This document shows positions 8,100-18,766 of a stretch of DNA of 64,000 nt, in pieces (the first letter of the stretch is position 1; each line of letters starts with the position of its first letter). Location: NCBI GenBank assembly GCA_964409615.1, contig CAYPDT010000004.1, positions 11,949 through 75,948 on the forward strand. The letters run 5' to 3'. The notes beneath the pieces were generated by a model. The model had not been told where the DNA came from. It did no database searches and saw nothing but the letters and a program-made list of their open reading frames with translations. This stretch comes from an uncultured Candidatus Saccharibacteria bacterium (GTDB taxonomy: Bacteria; Patescibacteriota; Saccharimonadia; Saccharimonadales; AWTP1-31). Made by a program: the position numbers and the translations under genes.

Positions 8100-9353
8100 C
8101 TAGAGCTCAACCACTATCTGGTTATTCTTGCCACGCCGCAAAATAATATGCCCGTGGATAGTATTGCTGGCATCTAGCGTATCAGTATCGTCACCAATTT
8201 GTTTGCCATTAATGTAAATTGCTTTGCTGCTCAAAAAGCGTCGTGCCTCTCCCTTCGAGCTAGCTAGCTTGGCATCGACAAGCAAGTCTACTAAATTGCT
8301 GTTGGCATCAGCAGTAATACTACCAAGCTCAGCTTTAATGACTGTAAAATCATCTGCAGTCAGTTGTGCGTAATCATCACCACCAAACAACACCTTACTT
8401 ACTCGTTTTACGCTATCTGCGGTACTAGAGCCATGTATAAGAGCGGTGACTTCATATGCTAATGTTTTTTGTGCTAATCGCAAAGAGCGGTCGGCATTAA
8501 AGCGCTCCATAATATCGACTACTTGGTCTTTGTCGAGCTGTGTAAATATTTTTAAGTAGTCTTCTACGGCGTCGTCTTCGGCATTGAGCCAGAACTGATA
8601 GAACTGGTATGGACTGGTGAGTTGTGCATCAAGCCAGACAGCTCCACCTTCGCTTTTACCAAACTTCTTACCGGTAGCTTTGTTGATAACAAGTGGAGTA
8701 GACCAGACATGTGCTTCTTTGCCAGTAAGACGACGGATAAGGTCTACGCCGGCAATGCTGTTACCCCACTGGTCTGAACCACAGAGTTGTAGCGTTACAC
8801 CTTTTTCTTTGAAGAGGTGCACAAAATCGTAAGCCTGGATGAGTACATAACTAAACTCTGCATAACTGATGCCGGAGCCATCTTCACCCAGCCGAGTTTG
8901 TATAAAGTCGCGGCCCAGCATCTGGCGCATAGGTACATGCTTGCCAATGTCACGCAGGAATTCAAGGTAGCCCAAGCCCTTGAACCAGTCGTAATTATCT
9001 ACCACATCAAAATCGTAACCATCAAATATAGTGCGATATTGCGAAACGATACCCTTTTTGTAGCCAGCAATTTCTTCGAGTGTTTTTAGGTTACGTTCGT
9101 CGGCTTTTCCATCGGGGTCACCAATTAAGCCGGTTGCGCCACCGACCAGAATTACGGCTTTATGTCCGTGCCGCATAAAGGTACGTACCATCATAGCCGC
9201 GGCAAGATTGCCGATGGTCATCGAGGCTGCACTTGGGTCTACGCCGAAATAAAATGTGATTGGCTCGCCATCAAGTTGTTTTACGTCTTTAAAGGTGGTT
9301 TGATTGACGAATCCGCGCCAGGCTAATTCATCACTGAGAGCTGTATGTTTCAT
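8100..9353 (-). CDS. tyrS: Tyrosine--tRNA ligase
   Basis: 417 aa. YFGVDPSAASMTIGNL (HIGH region), KFGKS (KMSKS), C-terminal S4 domain. Confidence 0.95.
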   Translation of the reverse strand: MKHTALSDELAWRGFVNQTTFKDVKQLDGEPITFYFGVDPSAASMTIGNLAAAMMVRTFMRHGHKAVILVGGATGLIGDPDGKADERNLKTLEEIAGYKKGIVSQYRTIFDGYDFDVVDNYDWFKGLGYLEFLRDIGKHVPMRQMLGRDFIQTRLGEDGSGISYAEFSYVLIQAYDFVHLFKEKGVTLQLCGSDQWGNSIAGVDLIRRLTGKEAHVWSTPLVINKATGKKFGKSEGGAVWLDAQLTSPYQFYQFWLNAEDDAVEDYLKIFTQLDKDQVVDIMERFNADRSLRLAQKTLAYEVTALIHGSSTADSVKRVSKVLFGGDDYAQLTADDFTVIKAELGSITADANSNLVDLLVDAKLASSKGEARRFLSSKAIYINGKQIGDDTDTLDASNTIHGHIILRRGKNNQIVVEL

Positions 9354-9399
9354 AAGGAGTAGTATACCTAACTCATCTGGGGTTTGCTATGATTAAACG

Positions 9400-9852
9400 A
9401 TGACAAAAAACGAATTTCCCCTAACTGATGAAGAATTTAAAACTTTTTATGCGAAAGTCCCTAGATTGACCGTCGAAATTTTACTTCGTGATGATTCTGG
9501 CAGAGTGTACTTAACTAAACGTTCTATAGAGCCCTGCAAGGGGCAGTGGCATTTACCTGGCGGAACAGTTTGGTTTGGAGAGGCGCTTAGCGATTCAATT
9601 AAGCGAATCGCTAAACGTGAGTTAGGTATTTCTGTCACAACGCTGCGCTCCGTCGGCCACATCGAGTATCCGAGTCATTATAAGAACGGCCTTGATTCGC
9701 CATTTGGCGTGGTATTTGAAATTTCCGGTTACCAGGGGCAAATTATAGCTAACCAAGAAGCTGCTGCAGAGGACTGGTTCGCATCACTTCCGAATGATAT
9801 GCATGTTGATCAGGGAAAGTTTTTGGTTGACGCAAAATACCTTGAGGCGTAA
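9400..9852 (+). CDS. NUDIX hydrolase
   Basis: 150 aa. Nudix box GGTVWFGEALSDSIKRIAKRELG. Confidence 0.85.
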   Translation: MTKNEFPLTDEEFKTFYAKVPRLTVEILLRDDSGRVYLTKRSIEPCKGQWHLPGGTVWFGEALSDSIKRIAKRELGISVTTLRSVGHIEYPSHYKNGLDSPFGVVFEISGYQGQIIANQEAAAEDWFASLPNDMHVDQGKFLVDAKYLEA

Positions 9853-9933
9853 CGGGTATTACTGTTATGTTTTTCAGGTTGTTTTTGCAGAATTTTGCTA
9901 TACTAGAGCCATCAAAGGAGTCTGTAACAACGC

Positions 9934-12933
9934 ATGAATAGCTCAACAAGTGGAGGGGGTCGTCGATCACCTCGTGCCGCTAAAAATCAACATGTCACTA
10001 AGAGTGGCAAGACTATCAAGATTAACCGTAGTCTTGGTGAACGTCTGAATGCTCGTAAAGGTGCTAAGGCTAATCGAAAAGCAGAACGACTGGCTACACT
10101 GCCTAAGGGCCGTGTAAAGCGTTTTCTGTATCACTTCCAGCCAAAGCGCATGTATAAGTATTGGTTCAGTCGTGATGGTGGCATTATGGCTCTTAAGATT
10201 ACTGGTGTTGGCCTTATTGCAGGCTTTTTATTGCTTGTCGGACTCTTTGCATACTTCAGAAAAGACCTACCTAACCTACGTGATATTTCTGGCAATAACT
10301 TCGGTGGTAGTGTGCGGTATTATGACCGAACCGGAAAGACACTTCTGTGGGAGGATTACGACGCTGTAAAGCGCATCCCCGTAGAAGACAAAGAGATTAA
10401 TCAATACATGAAAGATGCAACCGTTGCTATCGAAGACAAAGACTTCTTTAAGCATGGTGGTTTTGATGTGCGCGGTATCGTTCGTGCTGGTGTTAATAAT
10501 GTCACCGGAGGTTCAAGCCAGCAGGGTGGATCAACCATTACACAACAGTTGGTTAAACTTACTCAGAACTGGACCAAAGATCGTAGCTATACTCGTAAGG
10601 CTAAAGAGCTGATACTTTCCGTAGAGCTCGAGCGAAGTTATTCAAAGCAAGAGATTCTAGCAGGCTACCTTAACACCGCACCTTACGGTAACGTACAGTA
10701 CGGTGTTGAAGCAGCTACTCGTGATTACTTCCAAAAATCTGCCAAAGATCTAACACTCGACGAAGCAACATTCTTGGCAGCAATTCCACAGTCTCCCTCT
10801 TACTACTCTCCGTATGGAGCTTACTATAAATCTAACCAGCAAGAGTCACGCGGTGCACTAATCGGGCGACAGCATTACATTCTCAACTTGATGGTTGAGC
10901 AAGGCATGATTACCTCAAAACAGCGTGACGAAGCCAAAAAAGTAGATGTGTTAGCAAAGGTTAAAGAACCACAAGCCAAGTATGCGGGAATTAAAGCTCC
11001 ATGGTTTGTGCTCGCAGCAAAAAAACAACTCGAAGAACAGCGTGGAGTTGATTCGGTTAAAGTTGGTGGCTGGACGGTTGTAACTACTCTAGACATGGAC
11101 AAGCAAGCAATCGCCGAAGACCAAGTGGCTAAAGGTTTGGCTCAGATTAAGCGCCAGGGTGGCGATACTGCAGCCTTTGCCGCAGAAGACGTGACGACTG
11201 GTCAGATGGTAGCTTTGGTGGGTGGTGTTGACTTTAACAACCCAGAGTTCGGCCAGTTTAACTACGCTACGCAGCCGCTTCCTCCTGGTTCGAGTTTCAA
11301 GCCATATGACTACGCTTCGTTGATTGAAAATAGCACTAATGTGGGTGCCGGTAGCGTACTGTACGACACTCAAGGTGCTATCGACGGGTATCCTTGTACA
11401 AATAAGGCACAGCCAAAACAGGGTGGTAACTGCTTGTGGGATTACGATCTTAAGTTCCCTGGCCCTGTAACCCTACGCTATGCACTGGGTGGTTCACGCA
11501 ACGTACCTGCCGTTAAGGCAATGCTAACAGCTGGCGTGGATAAGACTATCCAGGTTGCTGAAAAGCTCGGTCTGAAAAGTGGCTATAAATGTTATGTAGA
11601 TGAGCAGAACACTAAAGAAGGTCCTTGCTACGCATCTTCTGCTATTGGTGACGGTGCCTTTCTACATCTTGACGAGCATGTTCATGCTTACGCCAGCTTG
11701 TCACGCAACGGTCTAAACTTGCCACAGACATACATCCTGAAGATTACCAACTCATCGAACAAGGTAATCAGCGAGTGGAAGCCAACCAAAGGCACTCAGG
11801 CTATCCGTGCTGAGTCAGCGTATATTGTTTCTGATATGTTAAGCGACCCTAACGCGAGCTACTTCCCTGCCGGCCGTAAACCACATCGCTACAAGAACTG
11901 GAAGTTCGGCATGAAAACCGGAACAACCAATGATGGAAAAGATGGTTGGATGATGGGCATGTCTCCACAATATGCAGCAGGTGTCTGGGTGGGATACCAC
12001 ACACGACAACGAGTTATGAGCGGTACTATGGAAAACATGACGCAACCTATTTGGCAGGGGTGGATGAACGCAGCACACGATAACATTACTGCTTTCGACA
12101 GGGCTAAGCCTGCTGGCCTGCAAAACTTACCAGCCTTTGTGGTTAGGAATAACCCAGGTATTGGTGCAGTTGTACCAAGCGCCTCTACCGATTTATTCCC
12201 ATCATGGTACAAGAACGGCAATAAAGCTACAACTGGCCAGACAGTTGATAAAGTCTCTGGTAAGCTGGCAACTAATTGTACGCCAGACCTTGCTAAAGAA
12301 ACCGTAACTGGTGGCTCGGCCAACCAGTTCTCTGCTGATCGCTTCGTCGGTGGCGGCGGTGCAAACACTAATACCAGTGAAGACGATGACGTACACAAGT
12401 GTGACGATGCTAAGCCGACTATTTCGCTAAACATTACACCGAGTGGCGGCAGCTACAATCTATCTGTTGATGTAGCTCAGGGTACGCACCCAATCTCGAG
12501 TGATAAGTTCAAGGGAACAGTAAACTACATCGTTGACGGCCAAATTGTACGGTCGTTCAATATCGATAATCCTGGCGCTGGCCTGGCTAGCTTCACCTAC
12601 ACCCCAGACTTTAGTGGAAGTAAGTCAATTTCGGCACAGATTATTGACAGCGTTCTGTATGACGGGTCAAGCGAATCAGGCACCGTTAGTGCTAATCAAA
12701 GTGCCTTTACGGTATTAGCTACAAACGTTGGGCCCAATCAATATAGCTTCTCTTGGTCTACTGGCGGTACTGGTGCGATAACAGTCTATCGTTCTAACGG
12801 TTCAACTATCTGTAATGGTTCAGCCACTGGAACAGGTTGTACAAGCGGCTCAGGCGTTTACAATGTTACGTCTTTGAGTGGTGCCTATGCTAAAGATTCT
12901 TCGGGCAAACAAGTCACCGTATCAGGTCCTTAA
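9934..12933 (+). CDS. Class A penicillin-binding protein (transglycosylase/transpeptidase) with basic N-terminal tail and Ig-like C-terminal extension
   Basis: 999 aa. GT51 motifs (EDKDFFKHGGFD, GGSTITQQ), TP motifs (SSFKP, KTGTT), single TM. About 230 aa of Ser/Gly/Thr-rich beta-type C-terminus. The start codon is uncertain. Confidence 0.9.
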   Translation: MNSSTSGGGRRSPRAAKNQHVTKSGKTIKINRSLGERLNARKGAKANRKAERLATLPKGRVKRFLYHFQPKRMYKYWFSRDGGIMALKITGVGLIAGFLLLVGLFAYFRKDLPNLRDISGNNFGGSVRYYDRTGKTLLWEDYDAVKRIPVEDKEINQYMKDATVAIEDKDFFKHGGFDVRGIVRAGVNNVTGGSSQQGGSTITQQLVKLTQNWTKDRSYTRKAKELILSVELERSYSKQEILAGYLNTAPYGNVQYGVEAATRDYFQKSAKDLTLDEATFLAAIPQSPSYYSPYGAYYKSNQQESRGALIGRQHYILNLMVEQGMITSKQRDEAKKVDVLAKVKEPQAKYAGIKAPWFVLAAKKQLEEQRGVDSVKVGGWTVVTTLDMDKQAIAEDQVAKGLAQIKRQGGDTAAFAAEDVTTGQMVALVGGVDFNNPEFGQFNYATQPLPPGSSFKPYDYASLIENSTNVGAGSVLYDTQGAIDGYPCTNKAQPKQGGNCLWDYDLKFPGPVTLRYALGGSRNVPAVKAMLTAGVDKTIQVAEKLGLKSGYKCYVDEQNTKEGPCYASSAIGDGAFLHLDEHVHAYASLSRNGLNLPQTYILKITNSSNKVISEWKPTKGTQAIRAESAYIVSDMLSDPNASYFPAGRKPHRYKNWKFGMKTGTTNDGKDGWMMGMSPQYAAGVWVGYHTRQRVMSGTMENMTQPIWQGWMNAAHDNITAFDRAKPAGLQNLPAFVVRNNPGIGAVVPSASTDLFPSWYKNGNKATTGQTVDKVSGKLATNCTPDLAKETVTGGSANQFSADRFVGGGGANTNTSEDDDVHKCDDAKPTISLNITPSGGSYNLSVDVAQGTHPISSDKFKGTVNYIVDGQIVRSFNIDNPGAGLASFTYTPDFSGSKSISAQIIDSVLYDGSSESGTVSANQSAFTVLATNVGPNQYSFSWSTGGTGAITVYRSNGSTICNGSATGTGCTSGSGVYNVTSLSGAYAKDSSGKQVTVSGP

Positions 12934-12939
12934 CACGGA

Positions 12940-14286
12940 CTAAGATTCTAAAAACTGGTTGAGAGCGGTGCGGATATCTGCAACGCTCTTTAAGCCTGTT
13001 GGTGCTTTACCGCTGCGAATGACCGGGCCGATGGCGCCATCGAAACCAAGTTTTTTCGCCTCTTGCACTCGCTTATCAATAAACGGTACATGGCGGATTT
13101 CGCCGCTGAGTCCAAGTTCGCCAAAGACTACTGCGTTCTGTTTGAGTTGCATGCCCTTACTAGCACTAGCAATGGCCATGGCAACAGCTAAGTCGGCAGC
13201 TGGTTCGCCAATCCGAATCCCGCCGACGATATTAACGTAAATGTCTTGATCTGCCAGGTTGAGTTTAGTGCGTCGTTCAAGCATGGCAACTAACAGGTTG
13301 ACGCGGTTGAGGTCTATACCGCTGGCTGCTCGTTTAGGATAGCCGTAGCTTGTTTTATTTACCAACGCCTGCACTTCTACGAGTAGTGGTCGGCTGCCTT
13401 CCATGGTTGCCAGGACGACCGAGCCATCACTGGCCTGGCGTTCGGCCAGAAGGGCCGCAGATGGATTAGAAACTGGCTGGAGACCATTATCAAGCATCTC
13501 GAAGATACCGGCTTCATTGGTAGACCCATAGCGGTTCTTTATCCCGCGCAGTAACTTGAAGCCACCGTAGCGGTCACCCTCGAGTTGTAGGACGACATCA
13601 ACCACATGCTCGAGGACTTTTGGTCCAGCAATCGAACCTTCTTTAGTGACGTGCCCAACCAGCACTAATGCGGTGTTGGTTTGTTTAGCTACAACACTTA
13701 ACAAATGAGTGCTGTTGGTAATTTGGCTGACGCTACCTGGTGCCGAAGAAATGCCACTGGCGGTAACGGTCTGAATGGAGTCGACGACTACCAGTTTAAA
13801 GCCACCTTTAGCTATAGTTGCGGCTATGTCATCTGTGCTCGAACTTGCGGCAAGTTGTAGTTGTGTGCTCTTGGCATTGAGCCGTTCGGCACGCATGCCA
13901 ACTTGATGCAGGGATTCTTCACCGCTGACGTATAAAATTGGATACTGCTCACCAAGTGCACTTGCTAACTGTAGGAGTAAGGTACTTTTACCAATACCCG
14001 GTTGTCCAGCAATCAGGGTGACACTGCCAGCGACAAAACCGCCACCCAGCACTTCGTCAACTTCATTCATACCGGTGGTTAGCCGTGGCTCGCTACCTGT
14101 CTTACTAACTTTCTGAATACTAGCTGGCGTCAGTGCTGTACCGCTTTGAGTTGCTGTGGCTACTGAATCTACGAGCAACTGTTCTTGTAGAGTATTCCAT
14201 TCACCGCAACTCTGGCACCGGCCTGTCCAGGTGCTGGTAAATGCCCCACAGTTACTACATTCATATCGGATATTCTTTTTGGCCAT
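12940..14286 (-). CDS. radA: DNA repair protein RadA
   Basis: 448 aa. N-terminal Zn finger CSNCG...CQSCGEWNT, Walker A GQPGIGKST, KNRYG motif, Lon-like C-terminal domain. Confidence 0.95.
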   Translation of the reverse strand: MAKKNIRYECSNCGAFTSTWTGRCQSCGEWNTLQEQLLVDSVATATQSGTALTPASIQKVSKTGSEPRLTTGMNEVDEVLGGGFVAGSVTLIAGQPGIGKSTLLLQLASALGEQYPILYVSGEESLHQVGMRAERLNAKSTQLQLAASSSTDDIAATIAKGGFKLVVVDSIQTVTASGISSAPGSVSQITNSTHLLSVVAKQTNTALVLVGHVTKEGSIAGPKVLEHVVDVVLQLEGDRYGGFKLLRGIKNRYGSTNEAGIFEMLDNGLQPVSNPSAALLAERQASDGSVVLATMEGSRPLLVEVQALVNKTSYGYPKRAASGIDLNRVNLLVAMLERRTKLNLADQDIYVNIVGGIRIGEPAADLAVAMAIASASKGMQLKQNAVVFGELGLSGEIRHVPFIDKRVQEAKKLGFDGAIGPVIRSGKAPTGLKSVADIRTALNQFLES

Positions 14287-14355
14287 AACTCTCCCTCTAT
14301 CTCTTTATAGTATAGAGTGCATTGCCCAATTATCGAACTCTATAGTTAGTGTTGT

Positions 14356-15336
14356 CTAGGGTATATCTTGGGCATTAGTCTGGATGCGACTGTCGAGTGC
14401 TTTGTTGAGTTCTTGCGCTTCTACGGCTACTGCATTGCGTTCAGCCAATATTGTCTTGTATTGCTCAACCAGTCCGCGTGTTTGGCTGAGGAGATTACGG
14501 AAAGGTACTATGCTTTGGTTGTAGGCACCTACGCCAGCATTGTACTCGGCGATATCACCATTCTTGAGTAAAGCATCTAAGCGAGCGCTCTCAGCCTGTA
14601 AGGCGGCCTGTTGTGTATCGAGGTCTTTATTATTACTGTTCACTTGTTGTTCGATGTCGGCAAGCTGTTTATCGTATGCGATAACCTTGTTCTTTCGACT
14701 AGTGAACTCTGCCTGGTAATGTGCAGCAAAGGTAACAACAGTTTGGCGGTTACTAAAATACTGCTGATAATACGTCTCGAGTTCGGGCGGAAGTTTAGCT
14801 ACTTCGGTACCGAGTATGGAATGAAGTTCATTGGTCACATCTGCCCCGCTCTGTTTGTAGAGGGCAACTTTGTCGGAGATGCTTGCATCAGAAATATTAG
14901 CGTAGGCATCGTTGAGCAACTTGGCAATTCGTCGCTGTTGGCGTACATCCAGCCTGCCGTATGCTGCATGAAGCATCTCGTGGGCAGCGGTTACTTCTTC
15001 GACTCCTGCAAGGCGCTGGTCATCTACCTTTAACAGATAAATGCCGTTACGTGGCTTGTAGCAGCCTAAAACAACAGCGGTTTCTCCTTCTTCACAACTT
15101 TTATAAAAGGTGGCCTTTTCTTGAATTTCTGGCTTATTGACGTAGAAGATTCTACGAGCTTTGTCGCTCATTTCGGCTTTTGTTGCTAAAGCAGCAATAG
15201 GTATTGGGGCTTCATAGCCACGAAGTTGATACCAGTCAATCACGTTCTGACGTTGCCAGAAACCCACACCGATAAGCACTACAAGTGATATTGAAAATAG
15301 AAAGCGTGACAGTCTAAAACGTTTTTGCGGTTGCAT
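14356..15336 (-). CDS. Membrane-anchored HExxH protein with C-terminal coiled coil, unknown family
   Basis: 326 aa. N-terminal TM (FLFSISLVVLIGVGFW), AAHEMLHAAY zinc-peptidase-type motif, Gln/Ala/Leu-rich heptad-like C-terminus. Confidence 0.7.
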   Translation of the reverse strand: MQPQKRFRLSRFLFSISLVVLIGVGFWQRQNVIDWYQLRGYEAPIPIAALATKAEMSDKARRIFYVNKPEIQEKATFYKSCEEGETAVVLGCYKPRNGIYLLKVDDQRLAGVEEVTAAHEMLHAAYGRLDVRQQRRIAKLLNDAYANISDASISDKVALYKQSGADVTNELHSILGTEVAKLPPELETYYQQYFSNRQTVVTFAAHYQAEFTSRKNKVIAYDKQLADIEQQVNSNNKDLDTQQAALQAESARLDALLKNGDIAEYNAGVGAYNQSIVPFRNLLSQTRGLVEQYKTILAERNAVAVEAQELNKALDSRIQTNAQDIP

Positions 15337-15370
15337 ATGGTTTTAGTATATGCGCAATGCTCTTTTTGGG

Positions 15371-17845
15371 CTACTGTTCTTGTTTGATGCCGTAAATAAG
15401 CTTATCGCTTTTGACATCGACTGTTACGATAGTGCCTTTGTGATAGCGGTCTTCGAGTAGGCCTTCGGCCACTTCATCTTCGATAGTATCTTGGATGAGT
15501 CGTCGCATTGGTCGTACTCCGTTGAGGGCATCGTAACCCTCTTGCAACAAGTGTTTTTTAGCCTTCAGGCTGACTTCAACGCCGATACCATGCTTAATTA
15601 GTCGCTCAGATAATTCATTTAACTGTAAATCAAGAATCTTGAGGGCGTCTGGTTGGGTTAGTGCTCGGAAGACGACCACTTTATCAATACGATTGAGTAG
15701 TTCGGGGCGCATCAGCTTTTTGAGCTCATCACGTACTTTATCTTTGTTTGCAGCATGCATGGCATCGAGATCTTTACGGTCTTGCTTGCCCGTTGCCTGG
15801 AAGCCGAGGGATGCTTCTTTTTGCAGTTTATCTGCTCCAACATTACTTGTCATGATGATGACAGTATTGGTGAAATCTATCTTTCGACCCTTGGCATCGG
15901 TAAGCACTCCATCTTCTAGTATCTGTAGGAGCATATTAAAGACTTCAGGATGCGCTTTTTCAATTTCATCGAAGAGTACCAAACTGTATGGTTGACGGCG
16001 AATTTTATCGGTAAGTTGACCACCTTCGTCGTAACCAACATATCCTGCTGGTGCACCTACTAAACGTGAGACATTATGTCGCTCACTAAATTCACTCATA
16101 TCTATTTTAACCAGAGCATCACGCCCTCCGTAGAATTGGTCGGCCAATACGCGAGCTAGTTCGGTCTTTCCAACACCAGTTGGGCCCAAGAATATGAATG
16201 AACCAATCGGGCGACGACTGCTTCCAACACCAGAGCGGCTACGGCGGATTGCTTTCGAGACAGCAGTCACCGCTTCGTTTTGGCCGATGACATGCTTGCC
16301 CAGAGTTTTTTCAAGGGCTAACAAGTGTTTTGCTTCGGTACGGATAACGCGTTGTACAGGAATACCAGTCATACGGGCCACCACGTCAGCTACGTCATCA
16401 CTGCTAACCGCTAACTGGTCGGCGGCTTTTGAAGTCTTGGCAAGTTCGGCCAGTTCTTCATCAATTTGGCTAGCACGCGTCTTAAAGCGGGCAGCTTTTT
16501 CGTAATCTTCTGCATCAACAGCTTCGTCAATTCGAGTATTAACTAGTTTAAGTTCTTTCTGTAAGCTTCGCACTTCCGGTGGGGTTTTACCTCGGTCAAC
16601 ACGGAGGTGTGCAGCTGTTTCGTCAAGCAGGTCGATAGCCTTATCTGGCATGAAGCGGTCGTTAATATAACGCTCGGCAAACATCACAATATCACTGAGT
16701 ACCTCGTCGTTGACTGTGACGTTGTGGAACTCCTCGTAGTGCTTACGTAGGCCTTTTAGGATGGCGAGTGTCTCTGGCACGGTTGTTTCGGGCACTTGAA
16801 CTGGCTGGAAACGTCGCTCTAGAGCGGCATCTTTTTCTATATGCTTGGTGTATTCATCAGTTGTGGTAGCACCAATTAGCTGAATCTTTCCTCGTGCGAG
16901 TGCTGGTTTTAGGATGTTACCTGCGTCCATGGCTCCTTCTGCTGAGCCAGCCCCCACGATTAGGTGAAGTTCATCAATAAAAACTATAGTCTTTTTGTCA
17001 TCTTCGAGCTCTGACATAACTTTCTTTAATCGCTCTTCGAACTCACCACGATACTTTGTACCAGCTATCATGCCGGCTAGATCAAGCATGATGATTCGTT
17101 TATCAAGCAAGCTATCAGGCACATCTTCGGTGACAATTCGCTGAGCAAGGCCCTCAACGATGGCAGTTTTACCAACACCTGGCTCACCAATAAGCACTGG
17201 ATTGTTTTTGGTTCGTCGGTTGAGGATGGTGATAACACGGCGAATCTGCTTTTCACGACCAACCACTGGGTCGAGCTTTTTTTCACGAGCTTCGGCAGTT
17301 AGGTCGGTGCCAAAAAAGTCGAGGGCTGTTTTGCGACTTTTTTTGTTCCGGCGGCGTGTTGTGCTATCGCTGCTATCGCTTTGCTGTTGACGGTTCAAGA
17401 ATTGCTCAAGTTCGCCGCTAAGGTGGTCGACATTAATATTCATGTCTTTTAGGAGTAGCGTGGCACGAGCATTTTTTTGCGAAAGGATACTGTATAAGAT
17501 GTGTTCGGTACCGCAATATTCTTGGGTAAAGTCTTGAGCAACTTCATACGCCATTTTAAGAGTCAGTTTTGCGGTTTCGCTCAAGCCCTTGGCTTGAGTA
17601 TTCATAACGATGGTTTTAGGGGATAAATTAAGGGCTAGTCGGGCACGGTCAAGTGTTACGCCAGCGCCCTCTAGAAGTTTGGCGCCCATACTGTTGTCTT
17701 GTGCGAGAACGCCAAGCAGTAGGTGCTCCGTTCCGATGTAGGCACTGCCAAAGCTGCGCGCAATGGCATCTGCGTGCTTGAGGCTCTGAAGCGCATTATC
17801 GGTTAGGTGATTCAAAAAGTCTTGAAAATCTGGTGTGTTTTGCAT
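15371..17845 (-). CDS. clpC: ATP-dependent Clp protease ATP-binding subunit ClpC
   Basis: 824 aa. Double Clp_N repeat, two AAA+ modules ([16 protein letters not shown]), short UVR-type middle domain, LGF ClpP-docking loop. Confidence 0.95.
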   Translation of the reverse strand: MQNTPDFQDFLNHLTDNALQSLKHADAIARSFGSAYIGTEHLLLGVLAQDNSMGAKLLEGAGVTLDRARLALNLSPKTIVMNTQAKGLSETAKLTLKMAYEVAQDFTQEYCGTEHILYSILSQKNARATLLLKDMNINVDHLSGELEQFLNRQQQSDSSDSTTRRRNKKSRKTALDFFGTDLTAEAREKKLDPVVGREKQIRRVITILNRRTKNNPVLIGEPGVGKTAIVEGLAQRIVTEDVPDSLLDKRIIMLDLAGMIAGTKYRGEFEERLKKVMSELEDDKKTIVFIDELHLIVGAGSAEGAMDAGNILKPALARGKIQLIGATTTDEYTKHIEKDAALERRFQPVQVPETTVPETLAILKGLRKHYEEFHNVTVNDEVLSDIVMFAERYINDRFMPDKAIDLLDETAAHLRVDRGKTPPEVRSLQKELKLVNTRIDEAVDAEDYEKAARFKTRASQIDEELAELAKTSKAADQLAVSSDDVADVVARMTGIPVQRVIRTEAKHLLALEKTLGKHVIGQNEAVTAVSKAIRRSRSGVGSSRRPIGSFIFLGPTGVGKTELARVLADQFYGGRDALVKIDMSEFSERHNVSRLVGAPAGYVGYDEGGQLTDKIRRQPYSLVLFDEIEKAHPEVFNMLLQILEDGVLTDAKGRKIDFTNTVIIMTSNVGADKLQKEASLGFQATGKQDRKDLDAMHAANKDKVRDELKKLMRPELLNRIDKVVVFRALTQPDALKILDLQLNELSERLIKHGIGVEVSLKAKKHLLQEGYDALNGVRPMRRLIQDTIEDEVAEGLLEDRYHKGTIVTVDVKSDKLIYGIKQEQ

Positions 17846-17889
17846 GTCTTATACCCATGTTTCTAGCGAAATTTAGTAACGCTAAAATA

Positions 17890-17918
17890 ATGATACTAAA
17901 TTAGCACTCCGCATGCAA
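17890..17918 (-). promoter_or_regulatory. Candidate clpC promoter
   Basis: Minus strand reads TTGCAT-17 nt-TATCAT. The -35 hexamer lies inside the CIRCE spacer. Confidence 0.45.
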
Positions 17919-17927
17919 GAGTGCTAA
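17901..17927. promoter_or_regulatory. CIRCE operator (HrcA-binding inverted repeat)
   Basis: TTAGCACTC-cgcatgcaa-GAGTGCTAA is a perfect match to the consensus TTAGCACTC-N9-GAGTGCTAA. It lies 56 bp from the clpC start and 50 bp from the divergent hydrolase start. Confidence 0.85.
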
Positions 17928-17976
17928 TGCTGACGCTACGTTTTTGCTTTACGGCGCAAAATGATAAGCTGACGCT

Positions 17977-18702
17977 ATGAAAAGTCGACTCAAAGCCTAT
18001 CGGGTAAAAACATATGGAAAGAATTCCGATAAAGTTGTGTTTTTGTACTGCCCCTTTGGAATTCGTCGATGGCAATTGCGTTTGCCATTTTTGCCCATTG
18101 AACGTTTGATAAAACATGGCTACCAAGTTGTTGTATTTGATTTTAATGTCCGACGGGTTACTAGTTCTGCACAAGAAGTTTTTGCAATTTTAGATGCCGT
18201 TAAAGCCGACACAGAAAAGCGGATTAGTGTATTAAAGCGCCATGGCGTCACTAATATAAGTGTGTTTGGTACAAGCATGGGTACACAGTTTGCCATGTAT
18301 GTTGCCGCTAGTCTGCCAGAAATTCGTAAGGTAGTACTGAATCTTGCATACGGAGACCTATATGAGCAGATGTTGGCGTTTCCCGAAATGAGGTTTTTGT
18401 CTAAAGAGCGTATTGAAAATTTTATGAAATCAGCTGGCTCATCAAACGACCTGCAAGCGAGGGCACGACAGTACTCTTCGGTTGTGTTAGCGCCTAAATT
18501 TAAAGGCCGCGATGTTTTGTTGTATTTAGCACGTGAGGATAAAGTATTACCCTATTCTATTAGTAGAAAGTTTAAAAGCGCCCTGGAGAAACATAGAGCG
18601 CACGTAACCTATCTGGAGAATAATGCTGACAGTCATTACAGGGCCGCGCTAAGGAATCACCTAAACAGTAAAGAATACCTGGCCTTCTTAGACAAAAAGT
18701 AG
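17977..18702 (+). CDS. Alpha/beta hydrolase fold protein
   Basis: 241 aa. Nucleophile elbow GTSMG. Acid and His candidates lie late in the sequence (REDK, ADSHY). Confidence 0.7.
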   Translation: MKSRLKAYRVKTYGKNSDKVVFLYCPFGIRRWQLRLPFLPIERLIKHGYQVVVFDFNVRRVTSSAQEVFAILDAVKADTEKRISVLKRHGVTNISVFGTSMGTQFAMYVAASLPEIRKVVLNLAYGDLYEQMLAFPEMRFLSKERIENFMKSAGSSNDLQARARQYSSVVLAPKFKGRDVLLYLAREDKVLPYSISRKFKSALEKHRAHVTYLENNADSHYRAALRNHLNSKEYLAFLDKK

Positions 18703-18724
18703 CGGCAGGGTGGCCGCTACTTTT
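18694..18724. terminator. Bidirectional intrinsic terminator between convergent genes
   Basis: aaaaa-gtagcggc-agggtg-gccgctac-tttt. It overlaps the hydrolase stop codon. Confidence 0.75.
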
Positions 18725-18766
18725 AGATTAGCTGGAGAGCTTGGAGAACTGGTGAACTATTGAAAA

